Shown: positions 26,564-35,029 of the stretch, in pieces | How the letters are laid out: each line of letters starts with the position of its first letter | How positions within the stretch are numbered: the first letter of the stretch is position 1 | Assembly (NCBI GenBank): GCA_043802425.1 | Contig: JAZDLA010000012.1 | Coordinates: 1-37,994 of the forward strand | Source: Candidatus Omnitrophota bacterium | Lineage (GTDB): Bacteria; Omnitrophota; Gorgyraeia; Gygaellales; Profunditerraquicolaceae | Direction of reading: 5' to 3' | DNA: 37,994 nt | The notes under the pieces: model-generated | What the model saw: the letters and a program-made list of their open reading frames with translations, nothing else | Databases searched by the model: none | What the model was told of the DNA's origin: nothing | Program-made: the position numbers and the translations under genes

Positions 26564-26773
26564 ATGTGTCTGGGTATTCCCATGAAGATAAAAAGCATTG
26601 CCGGCGAGTTTGCCGATGTAGAGACAGGCCAACTTATCCGTAAGGTCAATGTAGAGATGTTGCCTAAAGCAAGAGTAGGGGATTACGTTATTGTCCATGC
26701 CGGATTTGCTATAGAGAAAGTAGATCCCCAAAAAGCAGAAGAGACCCTAAGATTAATTAATGAAATACATTGA
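26564..26773 (+). CDS. hypC: [NiFe]-hydrogenase maturation chaperone HypC
   Basis: 69 aa with the diagnostic MCLGIPMKI N terminus (Cys2). Confidence 0.9.
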   Translation: MCLGIPMKIKSIAGEFADVETGQLIRKVNVEMLPKARVGDYVIVHAGFAIEKVDPQKAEETLRLINEIH

Positions 26774-27851
26774 CGAATTCCGCGATAAAAAGTTAGTAGA
26801 AAAACTCTCGCGAGAAATAAAAGCAATCGCGCCTTCTAAGAGCATAAATATCATGGAAGTCTGCGGCACGCATACGCAGAGTTTTTTTAGGTTCGGCTTA
26901 CATAAGCTTCTGCCCGCTAATTTAAATTTCATTGCCGGACCGGGGTGCCCTGTCTGCGTAAGCCCCCAGGAATACATTGACCGGGCAATAAAACTGGCCC
27001 AAAACAAAGAGCACCTTATCATAACCTTTGGGGATATGTTACGTATTCCCGGTACCAAGTCCACACTAGAAAGAGAGCGCTCAGAAAAAGGTAATGTCAG
27101 GGTAGTTTATTCTGCTTTAGATGCCCTTTTAATTGCCCGTCAAAACCCCCTGAAAAAAGTAATTTTTTTAGCGGTGGGCTTTGAGACTACTGCGCCCACC
27201 ATTGCCCTGGCGATGATATCGGCAAAAAGAGAAAAATTAAAAAACCTCTTCTTCTATTCTTCTTTAAGGTTAATTCCTCCGGCGATGGCTTCCCTGGTTA
27301 AAGACAAAAGGTTAAATTTAGCAGGTTTCTTATGCCCCGGGCATGTATCTTGTATAATCGGAACAAAATCCTATGCATTTATTCCCAAAAGGTATAAAAT
27401 AGGCTGTTGCATTACGGGTTTTGAGCCCCTGGATATTTTAGAAGGTATTTATTTTCTTTTGCAGCAGATGAGAAGGCATAAACCCCGGGTAGAAAATCAA
27501 TATATGCGGGTAGTAACGCCCCAGGGGAATCTTAAGGCAAAAAGGATAATCTCAAAAGTTTTTCGGGTAGCTGATGCCAATTGGCGTGGCCTGGGTAAAA
27601 TTCCCCGGAGCGGACTGAAAATAAAAGATGAATTTTCTAAATTTGACGCGGAAAAGGAATTTTCTCTTAGCCAGGGGTTACGGGTCAGGGGTCAGGGGTT
27701 ACGAAAGTGTAGATGCGCAGATATTTTAAAAGGCCTGATCTTACCTTTGCAGTGCCCGTTATTTTCTAAGGTCTGTAAGCCTGATCACCCCATCGGGCCA
27801 TGTATGGTCTCTAGCGAGGGAGCTTGTCATGCGTATTACAAATACCGTTAA
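26760..27851 (+). CDS. hypD: [NiFe]-hydrogenase maturation protein HypD
   Basis: 363 aa. Motifs are MEVCGTHT, GPGCPVCV, GFETTAPT and the C-terminal CKPDHPIGPCMVSSEGAC. Confidence 0.93.
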   Translation: MKYIDEFRDKKLVEKLSREIKAIAPSKSINIMEVCGTHTQSFFRFGLHKLLPANLNFIAGPGCPVCVSPQEYIDRAIKLAQNKEHLIITFGDMLRIPGTKSTLERERSEKGNVRVVYSALDALLIARQNPLKKVIFLAVGFETTAPTIALAMISAKREKLKNLFFYSSLRLIPPAMASLVKDKRLNLAGFLCPGHVSCIIGTKSYAFIPKRYKIGCCITGFEPLDILEGIYFLLQQMRRHKPRVENQYMRVVTPQGNLKAKRIISKVFRVADANWRGLGKIPRSGLKIKDEFSKFDAEKEFSLSQGLRVRGQGLRKCRCADILKGLILPLQCPLFSKVCKPDHPIGPCMVSSEGACHAYYKYR

Positions 27852-30276
27852 AAAATTAAAATACCGAGCGTATAGCGTAGAGCGTATAGCGGATAGCAAG
27901 AAACTAAACGCTAAGGCAGTTTATTTCTTAATATTTGCTGTTAGCCTTTTATGTTCTTCGGCTGGCTGTACACAGAAAGATGAATTAAAGCAGGCTCAGG
28001 ATTATATCAAAGAGTCGCAAGACTATTATCAGCGTGCCGTAGGCCTCTATAAAGATTTGATTGCCAAAGGCAAGGACCTGGATAGATTGCATTTCCAACT
28101 GGGGCAATTATACTATAAACAAGGCCAGCTAAAAGAAGCTGTAGAGGAATTCCAAAAGACCAGAGATCCTTATGCTAAGAAATTTTTGGCCATTTCTTAT
28201 TATCGCCTGGGTAATTTTACCGATGCCTTAGGACTTTTTAATCAGGGGGAGATTCCCGACGACGAATACCTGTATTATTATGGCTTAACTTGCGAGAAAT
28301 TGAACCTCTTTGACAAGGCGGTGGGTATCTATAAAAAAATACGGGCTAAAGAATTCGTATCGGCTAGCCTTACGCGGATCAATATCATTGAAAAACAAGC
28401 ACCGCAGGCCGGGCACGTAAAAGATATTGATCCCGGAGCCTATGAGATTTTAGAAAATGCGCCGCAAGAAGAAAAATATCCGCAGGCGGGGGCATTGATC
28501 TTATTTTGCGATGAAAAAATCGAAGTAACTGCCCAAAATACCCAGATTATTTCCCTGCGCTATGTAGTTAAAATTTTAAACGAACGGGGTAAAGAGGATT
28601 TTTCTGAAAGTCATATAGAATATGACTCTACCTACGATAATATAGAGTTAGAATATGCCCGTACTATTAAGCCAGACGGCACGATGGTAGAAGTGGGTAG
28701 CCGCCATATCCGCGATGTGTCTAAATATTTAAATTTTCCTCTCTATAGTAATGCCCGAGTTTACATCATATCTTTCCCGGAGATTACCGAAGGCGCAAGC
28801 ATAGAGTATAAAGTAAAGATACGGCGTAATCAGCTCGTCAATAAGAAAGATTTTATCACCGCTTATCCTATACAGGCGCAAGAACCGATTATCGCGGCAA
28901 ACTTCAGCATAACTATACCTAAAGAAAAGGCCCTCTATCTAAAAATATTAAATGAGCAGTATAATGATTTCGGCGCTGATCTGGAGCCCAAAACGCAAGA
29001 GGAGGATGGTCGTTTAATTTACAGCTGGCAGTTTAAAAATATTCCCCAGATTATCCCGGAAGCCAATATGCCTGCGGGCGCCCAGATAAACCCTGCTATC
29101 CTTGTCTCGACATTCTCCTCTTGGCAGGAAGTTTATAACTGGTGGTGGCAACTCGCTCAGGACAAAATACAAACAGATCCTGCCATAAAGAATAAGGTCC
29201 ACGAACTGATAATTAATCAGGATTCCGAAGAGAAAAAGGTAAGGGCAATTTATAATTTTTGCGCACAAAAAATCCGCTATGTGGCCGTAGAATACGGGCA
29301 GGCAGGATATGAGCCGCATCTTGCAGGCGATATATTTAAGAATAAGTACGGAGACTGTAAAGACCAGGCCATATTATTAGTGACTATGTTAAAAGAAGCG
29401 GGCTTATCTAGCTGGCCGGTGCTTATCCCTACTAAAGAAAATTATAATTTAAATGAGGACCTCCCGGCGATATTTTTCAATCATTGCATTGTCGCAACCG
29501 CGTTAAAAGACGGAATTGTTTTTCTTGACCCCACTGCAGAAACCTGCTCTTTCGGGGATTTGCCCGAAGATGATCAGGCCCGGAGGGTATTGATAATAAA
29601 AGAAGACGGCTACCAGATCCGGGATACCCCCCTATATCCTGCCGAACACAATTTGAAAAAACAATACGCCAGAATTAAGATTAATAGCGATGAAACTATA
29701 ATTGCGGAGAAGTCTATTTCTACTTACGGGGCCTATGATCAGCTGCAGCGCTATTGGATGATATATACGCCGCCGGAATTAGTCAAAGAAGCGTTGAAAG
29801 AAAAAATACAGGATATTTCTATAGGCGCAACGCTGGATAGTTATGAGATAAAGAATCTAGAGGACCTGAATACCCCGGTGGTGTTAAATTATGCCTTTAG
29901 AGGGACGGAATATCTTACCGATGCCGGTAAGACCCAGATAATGCCACAACTAGCCAAGCTCGATGCAACCTTAGCGGCTAAGGATAAACGTAAATACCCC
30001 ATAGACTTTTCCGTTCTAAATACCGAGGAGACAGTATCCGAAATCGAAATCCCCGCGGGTTTAATTATAAAATATATGCCAGTCAGCATCAGTGAGGATT
30101 CCCCATGGCTCAAATTTATAGTTGAATATAAGCAAAAAGATAATAAGATATACTTTAGGCAGAAGGCAGAAATAAAGCGCTGTATTATATCCGAAGAAGA
30201 TTACTCGGTTTTTAAGATTTTCTTTGAGAGCCTGACTAAGAAAATCAAACAGAGGATAGTTTTAGAGAAAGGATAG
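27829..30276 (+). CDS. Lipoprotein with TPR repeats, a DUF3857-like domain and a transglutaminase-like core
   Basis: 815 aa. The signal is FLIFAVSLLCSSAGC, and TPR-like helices are present (LGQLYYKQGQLKEAVEEF). A DUF3857-style segment (EYARTIKPDGTMVEV) and the transglutaminase Cys motif YGDCKDQAILLVTMLKEAG follow. Confidence 0.75.
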   Translation: MRITNTVKKLKYRAYSVERIADSKKLNAKAVYFLIFAVSLLCSSAGCTQKDELKQAQDYIKESQDYYQRAVGLYKDLIAKGKDLDRLHFQLGQLYYKQGQLKEAVEEFQKTRDPYAKKFLAISYYRLGNFTDALGLFNQGEIPDDEYLYYYGLTCEKLNLFDKAVGIYKKIRAKEFVSASLTRINIIEKQAPQAGHVKDIDPGAYEILENAPQEEKYPQAGALILFCDEKIEVTAQNTQIISLRYVVKILNERGKEDFSESHIEYDSTYDNIELEYARTIKPDGTMVEVGSRHIRDVSKYLNFPLYSNARVYIISFPEITEGASIEYKVKIRRNQLVNKKDFITAYPIQAQEPIIAANFSITIPKEKALYLKILNEQYNDFGADLEPKTQEEDGRLIYSWQFKNIPQIIPEANMPAGAQINPAILVSTFSSWQEVYNWWWQLAQDKIQTDPAIKNKVHELIINQDSEEKKVRAIYNFCAQKIRYVAVEYGQAGYEPHLAGDIFKNKYGDCKDQAILLVTMLKEAGLSSWPVLIPTKENYNLNEDLPAIFFNHCIVATALKDGIVFLDPTAETCSFGDLPEDDQARRVLIIKEDGYQIRDTPLYPAEHNLKKQYARIKINSDETIIAEKSISTYGAYDQLQRYWMIYTPPELVKEALKEKIQDISIGATLDSYEIKNLEDLNTPVVLNYAFRGTEYLTDAGKTQIMPQLAKLDATLAAKDKRKYPIDFSVLNTEETVSEIEIPAGLIIKYMPVSISEDSPWLKFIVEYKQKDNKIYFRQKAEIKRCIISEEDYSVFKIFFESLTKKIKQRIVLEKG

Positions 30277-30278
30277 TC

Positions 30279-32285
30279 ATGGTTTCTAACAAGGATCCCC
30301 TAGGAGATGAGCGTAGGCAATACATCAGGTTAGACTCGGTATTCCCCGTAGAATTCTGCATTTTGGGTCCTGACGGCAAGCAGGTTTTGTCGGACTGGTT
30401 GCAGGGCTTTACTAATAACATCAGTAATGGCGGGATTTGTCTTGCCATAAATAACTTAAAACCCGAATTAGCTAAACTCATCAAAGGTCAGCAGGTAAAA
30501 CTCTCCTTAAAAATAGAAATGCCTTTGGCTAGTAGCCCGGCCTTGGCATCCGCAAAGATAGCCTGGGTTAAGGATACCCCTGAACAGCCCAACAGGTATC
30601 TTATAGGATTAAGTTATGAGGAAATTGCGCCTTCTGTGAGTAGCCGGCTGATGCGTTATGCCACGACCAAGAAATTGTTTGTGCCGGCAGTTTTAACTAT
30701 AATTCTCATATTAGGATTAGCGGTTGCGGTTAATAGCTATTTAAATGTCAAGTTGATCAAAGGTAACAAGGCGCTCGTAGAACAGCTGGTCAATATTCTA
30801 CAAGAGTCCAGCGTTGCCAAGCAGATGATAAAAGAGATAAATAAAGAAAGAGAGGATTTACAATTAAAGATCCATGCCCTGCAGTTACGTATCGAGACAG
30901 TTGAAGTGGAAAAGCTGACCTTAGGGGAGAAAGTTGAGTTAGAAGAGAAGGCAAAACTTGAAGAAAAAGAAAAGCTGGAGGAAGAAATCAAGTTTAAGGA
31001 GGGTGGAGTAGCTAAAAAACTAGAAGAATTCAATAGCCTGATCAGTAAATTAACTCAGGAGAAGGCATCCTTACAGGAACAGTTAATTGCTGTCCAGCAT
31101 AAAGAAAATAAGGTTACTGAGGATCTCCTTCGTCTTGACCAGAGGAAAGCTACTTTAGAGCAGGCTAATCTAGAGAAGATGTATAAATGGGTAAAGACAC
31201 ACCAGAATCCCCGCACGGGCCTGATCATGAGCTTTGAAGGAGACGGAGATATTGCTAATTGGGCATTTATTTATGACCAGTCTCTGGTAGCCCAAGCCTA
31301 TACGTATTTTTCTGATTTCGACCGGGCAAGACAGATCCTGGATTTTTTTGCTAAGAAAGCAAAGAGGCAGGAAAGAAGTTTTTATAATGCCTACTATGCT
31401 AATGACGGAAGCCCGGCTGAGATCGTCGTGCATAGCGGCCCGAATATCTGGCTGGGGATAGCCGTATTACAATATACTAAAAAAAGCCAGGATTCCTCGT
31501 ATCTGCATATAGCCGAAGAGATAGCCTTGGATGTAATCGATTTACAGAATCAGGATAAAGAAGGCGGCTTGCGGGGCGGTCCTGGGGTAAGCTGGTATGC
31601 CACGGAGCACAATCTGGATGCCTATGCCTTTTTCAAGATGCTTTATCAGACTACCGGTAAGGAGAGGTATATTGAGGCCGGAGATAAAATATTAAATTGG
31701 CTGACCAAGCATACTTACGATAGATTAGATATACCGATTAAGCGCGGCAAGGGGGATTCTACTATTGCTACGGATACCTATGCCTGGTCCATTGCTGCAG
31801 TCGGGCCGGAGAAATTAGAAGAGATAGGGATGAATCCGGATATGATCGTAGAATTCGCGGAGAAGAATTGTAGCGTAGAAGTTTCTTATAAGAGGCCAGA
31901 GGGCCAAACCGTAAAGATAAAAGGTTTTGATTTCGCCCCGCAGACACATGTAGCCAGAGGCGGGGTAGTCTCTTGCGAGTGGACTGCCCAGATGGTTATG
32001 GCCTTTAAGATCATGTCAGATTTTTATTATAAGAAAAACATGGTCGCAAAGGCTAGGTCCTACGCTTTGAAAGCTGATGAATATCTAAACCAATTAGGTA
32101 ATATGATTATCTCCAGCCCCTCCCCTTCTGGGCAGGGCGAGAGTTGCCTTCCCTATGCCACGCAGGATTTTGTGGATACAGGCCATGGTTGGATGACCCC
32201 CAAAGGGAAATCTACGGGCTCATTGGCAGGAACGGTTTATACCTTGTTTGCCTATTATAAATATAATCCCTTAGAGCTTAAGTAA
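30279..32285 (+). CDS. PilZ domain - TM helix - long coiled coil - C-terminal alpha/alpha-toroid-like domain protein
   Basis: 668 aa. PilZ motifs are RRQYIR and NNISNGG, and the TM helix is FVPAVLTIILILGLAVAV. A charged heptad region of about 150 aa follows (KVELEEKAKLEEKEKLEEE). The C-terminal ~350 aa has WAFIYDQSLVAQAY, GPNIWLGIAVLQY and EHNLDAYAFF, patterns typical of (alpha/alpha)6 barrels. Confidence 0.65.
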   Translation: MVSNKDPLGDERRQYIRLDSVFPVEFCILGPDGKQVLSDWLQGFTNNISNGGICLAINNLKPELAKLIKGQQVKLSLKIEMPLASSPALASAKIAWVKDTPEQPNRYLIGLSYEEIAPSVSSRLMRYATTKKLFVPAVLTIILILGLAVAVNSYLNVKLIKGNKALVEQLVNILQESSVAKQMIKEINKEREDLQLKIHALQLRIETVEVEKLTLGEKVELEEKAKLEEKEKLEEEIKFKEGGVAKKLEEFNSLISKLTQEKASLQEQLIAVQHKENKVTEDLLRLDQRKATLEQANLEKMYKWVKTHQNPRTGLIMSFEGDGDIANWAFIYDQSLVAQAYTYFSDFDRARQILDFFAKKAKRQERSFYNAYYANDGSPAEIVVHSGPNIWLGIAVLQYTKKSQDSSYLHIAEEIALDVIDLQNQDKEGGLRGGPGVSWYATEHNLDAYAFFKMLYQTTGKERYIEAGDKILNWLTKHTYDRLDIPIKRGKGDSTIATDTYAWSIAAVGPEKLEEIGMNPDMIVEFAEKNCSVEVSYKRPEGQTVKIKGFDFAPQTHVARGGVVSCEWTAQMVMAFKIMSDFYYKKNMVAKARSYALKADEYLNQLGNMIISSPSPSGQGESCLPYATQDFVDTGHGWMTPKGKSTGSLAGTVYTLFAYYKYNPLELK

Positions 32286-32289
32286 TGCA

Positions 32290-32937
32290 ATGCGGCAGAG
32301 GCTCAATTCGATCTACCGTAAGCTATATTCCTGCTTTGGCCCTCAATATTGGTGGCCGGCAGAAACACCTTTTGAGGTGATGGTCGGTGCGATCCTCACC
32401 CAAAATACAAGCTGGCTTAATGTAGAGAAGGCGTTAGGTAACCTTAAGAAAAAAAGATTATTAAAGCCCGATAGGCTTTATCGGATATCGCACAAAAGAT
32501 TAGCCTCGTTGATAAAGCCAGCGGGTTATTATAATGTCAAGGCCAAGCGTCTAAAAAGTTTTTTAGATTTCTTTATAAAACATTACCAGGGCAATTACAG
32601 GAAGATGTCCATAGGCCATACCCAGACCTTACGCCAGGGGCTGCTTTCGGTAAATGGCATTGGCCCGGAGACCGCCGATTCTATCTTATTGTATGCTTTA
32701 GGAAAACCCGTCTTTGTAGTTGACGCTTATACCAAAAGAATACTTACGCGGCATAGTTTTATTCCGGAAGGCGCGGATTATCAGGAGACGCAGAATTTAT
32801 TTATGCGAAATCTTAAAAAAAGAGTAAGATTATTTAATGAGTACCATGCCCTTTTGGTAAAATTAGGCAAAGAATTCTGCTTGAAGGGCAAGCCAAGATG
32901 CGGAGCATGCCCGTTGAAAGGTCAAAACGCAAAATGA
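32290..32937 (+). CDS. Endonuclease III-like HhH-GPD DNA glycosylase family protein
   Basis: 215 aa. Motifs are ILTQNTSW, the HhH element LLSVNGIGPETADSILLYAL, catalytic-Asp context VVDAYTKRIL, and a C-terminal C-x6-C-x2-C cluster remnant. Confidence 0.75.
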   Translation: MRQRLNSIYRKLYSCFGPQYWWPAETPFEVMVGAILTQNTSWLNVEKALGNLKKKRLLKPDRLYRISHKRLASLIKPAGYYNVKAKRLKSFLDFFIKHYQGNYRKMSIGHTQTLRQGLLSVNGIGPETADSILLYALGKPVFVVDAYTKRILTRHSFIPEGADYQETQNLFMRNLKKRVRLFNEYHALLVKLGKEFCLKGKPRCGACPLKGQNAK

Positions 32938-33653
32938 AAAACATAAAAGCTCAATTAAAAATTAAAAATTTTAAATTTTTGGTTGTGGTTTTTACTTTTA
33001 CCTTCTTACTTTTACCTTTTTATTGTTATGCCGCTGGCTGCTACGGGACAAGGATGCCGTCGGAGAAACAATTATTTGCCGGATTACAAACCTATAATAT
33101 CTTTAAAAGATATCTGGAGAATGACTTTGGCAAAATAAGGAGCACGCAGCATTTTCTTCTTTTATCATACGGAGTATACGATTGGCTAGCCATAGATTTA
33201 AAGGGCGGGGCAGGCAATATCAAGCAGCGACCCACAACCAGCGCTGAAGTGGATTATACCTCGAATTTTGCCGGAGGTTACGGATTTCGTTTAAGGCTTT
33301 ATGATAAGCAAAATTTAAAAATGGTCTTTGGGTTCCAACACATCAGCGTCCATCCTAAAAGCACGCATTTGGGCATAGTCAGAAACAAGGTAATTTTAGA
33401 TGATTGGCAATGGTCTTTCTTGACCTCGTATGCTTTTAAGAAAATCGCGCCTTATTTAGGGACAAGGTGGTCGCGTATAGATTATATCCACACGGTAGGA
33501 GATACCAGGAAGCGTAAGATGTCAGATTTAACTAAAAGTGCAGGTCTTATTTTAGGGTTAGATCTACCACTTACAGAGAAATCCTGGCTTAATTTAGAGG
33601 GCCAGTTTATTGACAGCGAAGCTATGGCACTTAGCCTAAATTTTAGCTTCTAA
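32934..33653 (+). CDS. Small outer-membrane beta-barrel protein (family unknown)
   Basis: The ORF is open from 32898. ATG 32934 (ATGA overlap with the upstream stop) gives signal peptide MKNIKAQLKIKNFKFLVVVFTFTFLLLPFYCYA. The C terminus is ALSLNFSF. Confidence 0.5.
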   Translation: MKNIKAQLKIKNFKFLVVVFTFTFLLLPFYCYAAGCYGTRMPSEKQLFAGLQTYNIFKRYLENDFGKIRSTQHFLLLSYGVYDWLAIDLKGGAGNIKQRPTTSAEVDYTSNFAGGYGFRLRLYDKQNLKMVFGFQHISVHPKSTHLGIVRNKVILDDWQWSFLTSYAFKKIAPYLGTRWSRIDYIHTVGDTRKRKMSDLTKSAGLILGLDLPLTEKSWLNLEGQFIDSEAMALSLNFSF

Positions 33654-33655
33654 AA

Positions 33656-33874
33656 ATGCCCATATACGAGTACGAATGCACCAGCTGCAATTTTAAATTC
33701 GAGTATCTGGTGCGTAATAGTCACGATCCTATTGTCTGTTCTGGCTGTAAGGGCAAAAACTTAAGACGGCTAATTTCGGCATTTGCCTTTAATTCTAAAG
33801 ACCCAAGCGGTAATACTACCGGTAGTTCTTCCGGCTGCGGTAGTTGTGCCGGCGGGGATTGTTCCAGCTGTTGA
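33656..33874 (+). CDS. FmdB-family zinc-ribbon protein (CxxC...CxxC) with a Gly/Ser/Cys-rich tail
   Basis: 72 aa. MPIYEYECTSCNFKFEYL plus CSGC, with the tail GSSSGCGSCAGGDCSSC. Confidence 0.8.
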   Translation: MPIYEYECTSCNFKFEYLVRNSHDPIVCSGCKGKNLRRLISAFAFNSKDPSGNTTGSSSGCGSCAGGDCSSC

Positions 33875-33884
33875 TGATAAACTC

Positions 33885-35015
33885 ATGGTAGATAAAAGAC
33901 GGTTAATAAGGCTTACCCAGAAGTTAATCCAGATAAATTCGGAGAATCCGCCTGGAGATGAAGCTAAAATTGCGCGGTTTGTAAGAAATTATCTGGATAA
34001 ATTAGGACTAAAGACAAAGATTTACGAATTTCAAAAAAGGCGCTCTAATGTGGTCGCCTTTTTAGAAGGAAGGGATAAAAGGCATTCCCTGCTCATCACC
34101 CCGCATTTAGATACCGTGCCTAAAGGAAAAAATTGGCGTTTTCATCCTTTTAAGGGGAAGATACGCTCCGGCAAAATTTACGGCTTAGGCGCAACTGATT
34201 GTAAAGGAAATTTAGCCTCCAGCTTAGAGGCGATAAACAGCCTCCTCGAGGATGGCGCGGTTTTAGATTATACTTTAATTTTTGCCGCCACCGCCGATGA
34301 AGAAAGTGGTTCAAGTTTAGGCCTGATACCCTTACTGGATAAAGGTATCATCAGGCCGGACGTGGCAGTAGTTTTGGATTCCGATGATTTTGATATCGTG
34401 GTTACCCAGAAGGGGCTTATTCATCTTAAAGTTAAAATAGAAGGAAAAAAGGCACACGGCGCTTATCCCTGGCAGGGCATAAATGCCATTGATATAGCCG
34501 TAGATATTCTCAAAGAATTAAAAACCCATAAATTCACATATCAAAAGAATAGATATCTAAAGGCCCCCACCTTAAATATCGGGACCATTAAGGGCGGGGA
34601 TAAAGTGAATGTAGTGGCGGACTGGTGTGAGTTTGAGTTAGATTTTCGTTTTTTACCGGGCATGTCGCCAAAGGCTATTTTGCAATACGTAAAAGGGATT
34701 ATTCAAAAGCGCGCCAGGAATTTTAAAACAGAGATCGAGGGGATACAAGAGCCTTACTGGATCAGCCAAAGTCATTCTCTGGTAGGATATTGGGTTAAGG
34801 CAGCCGGAAAATTTAAGGTTCCTGCTAAAACTAAGGGCTCTGAGGGTGCGACTACAATCAGCTTCTTCCAGGACAAAAATATACCGGCGATTGCTACGGG
34901 TTTTGGATGCCAAGGTTGTGCCCATACGATAGATGAATACGTAAAAGTCAATAATTTATATAAAGGCGCAAAGGTATTAGAAGAGTTTCTAAAAGATTAT
35001 CAGTTTGATATTTAA
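33885..35015 (+). CDS. M20-family metallopeptidase (ArgE/DapE-type deacylase)
   Basis: Metal-ligand blocks are LITPHLDTVP, GLGATDCKG and ATADEESGS. The ORF is open from 33783, but that extension overlaps the zinc-ribbon gene and is low-complexity. ATG 33885 gives the usual N terminus (LIRLTQKLIQINSENPPG). Confidence 0.8.
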   Translation: MVDKRRLIRLTQKLIQINSENPPGDEAKIARFVRNYLDKLGLKTKIYEFQKRRSNVVAFLEGRDKRHSLLITPHLDTVPKGKNWRFHPFKGKIRSGKIYGLGATDCKGNLASSLEAINSLLEDGAVLDYTLIFAATADEESGSSLGLIPLLDKGIIRPDVAVVLDSDDFDIVVTQKGLIHLKVKIEGKKAHGAYPWQGINAIDIAVDILKELKTHKFTYQKNRYLKAPTLNIGTIKGGDKVNVVADWCEFELDFRFLPGMSPKAILQYVKGIIQKRARNFKTEIEGIQEPYWISQSHSLVGYWVKAAGKFKVPAKTKGSEGATTISFFQDKNIPAIATGFGCQGCAHTIDEYVKVNNLYKGAKVLEEFLKDYQFDI

Positions 35016-35029
35016 AAGGAGAGTGGCGT

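Noticed and set aside
30737-31033. A 98-aa Ser-rich ORF on the - strand
   Set aside because: It is the reverse-complement reading of the GAA/AAG-rich coiled-coil segment of the PilZ protein, a compositional artefact.
33783-33884. A 34-codon N-terminal extension of the M20 peptidase ORF
   Set aside because: It overlaps the 3' end of the FmdB zinc-ribbon gene in another frame and encodes low-complexity V/P/A sequence. ATG 33885 gives the normal M20 N terminus.
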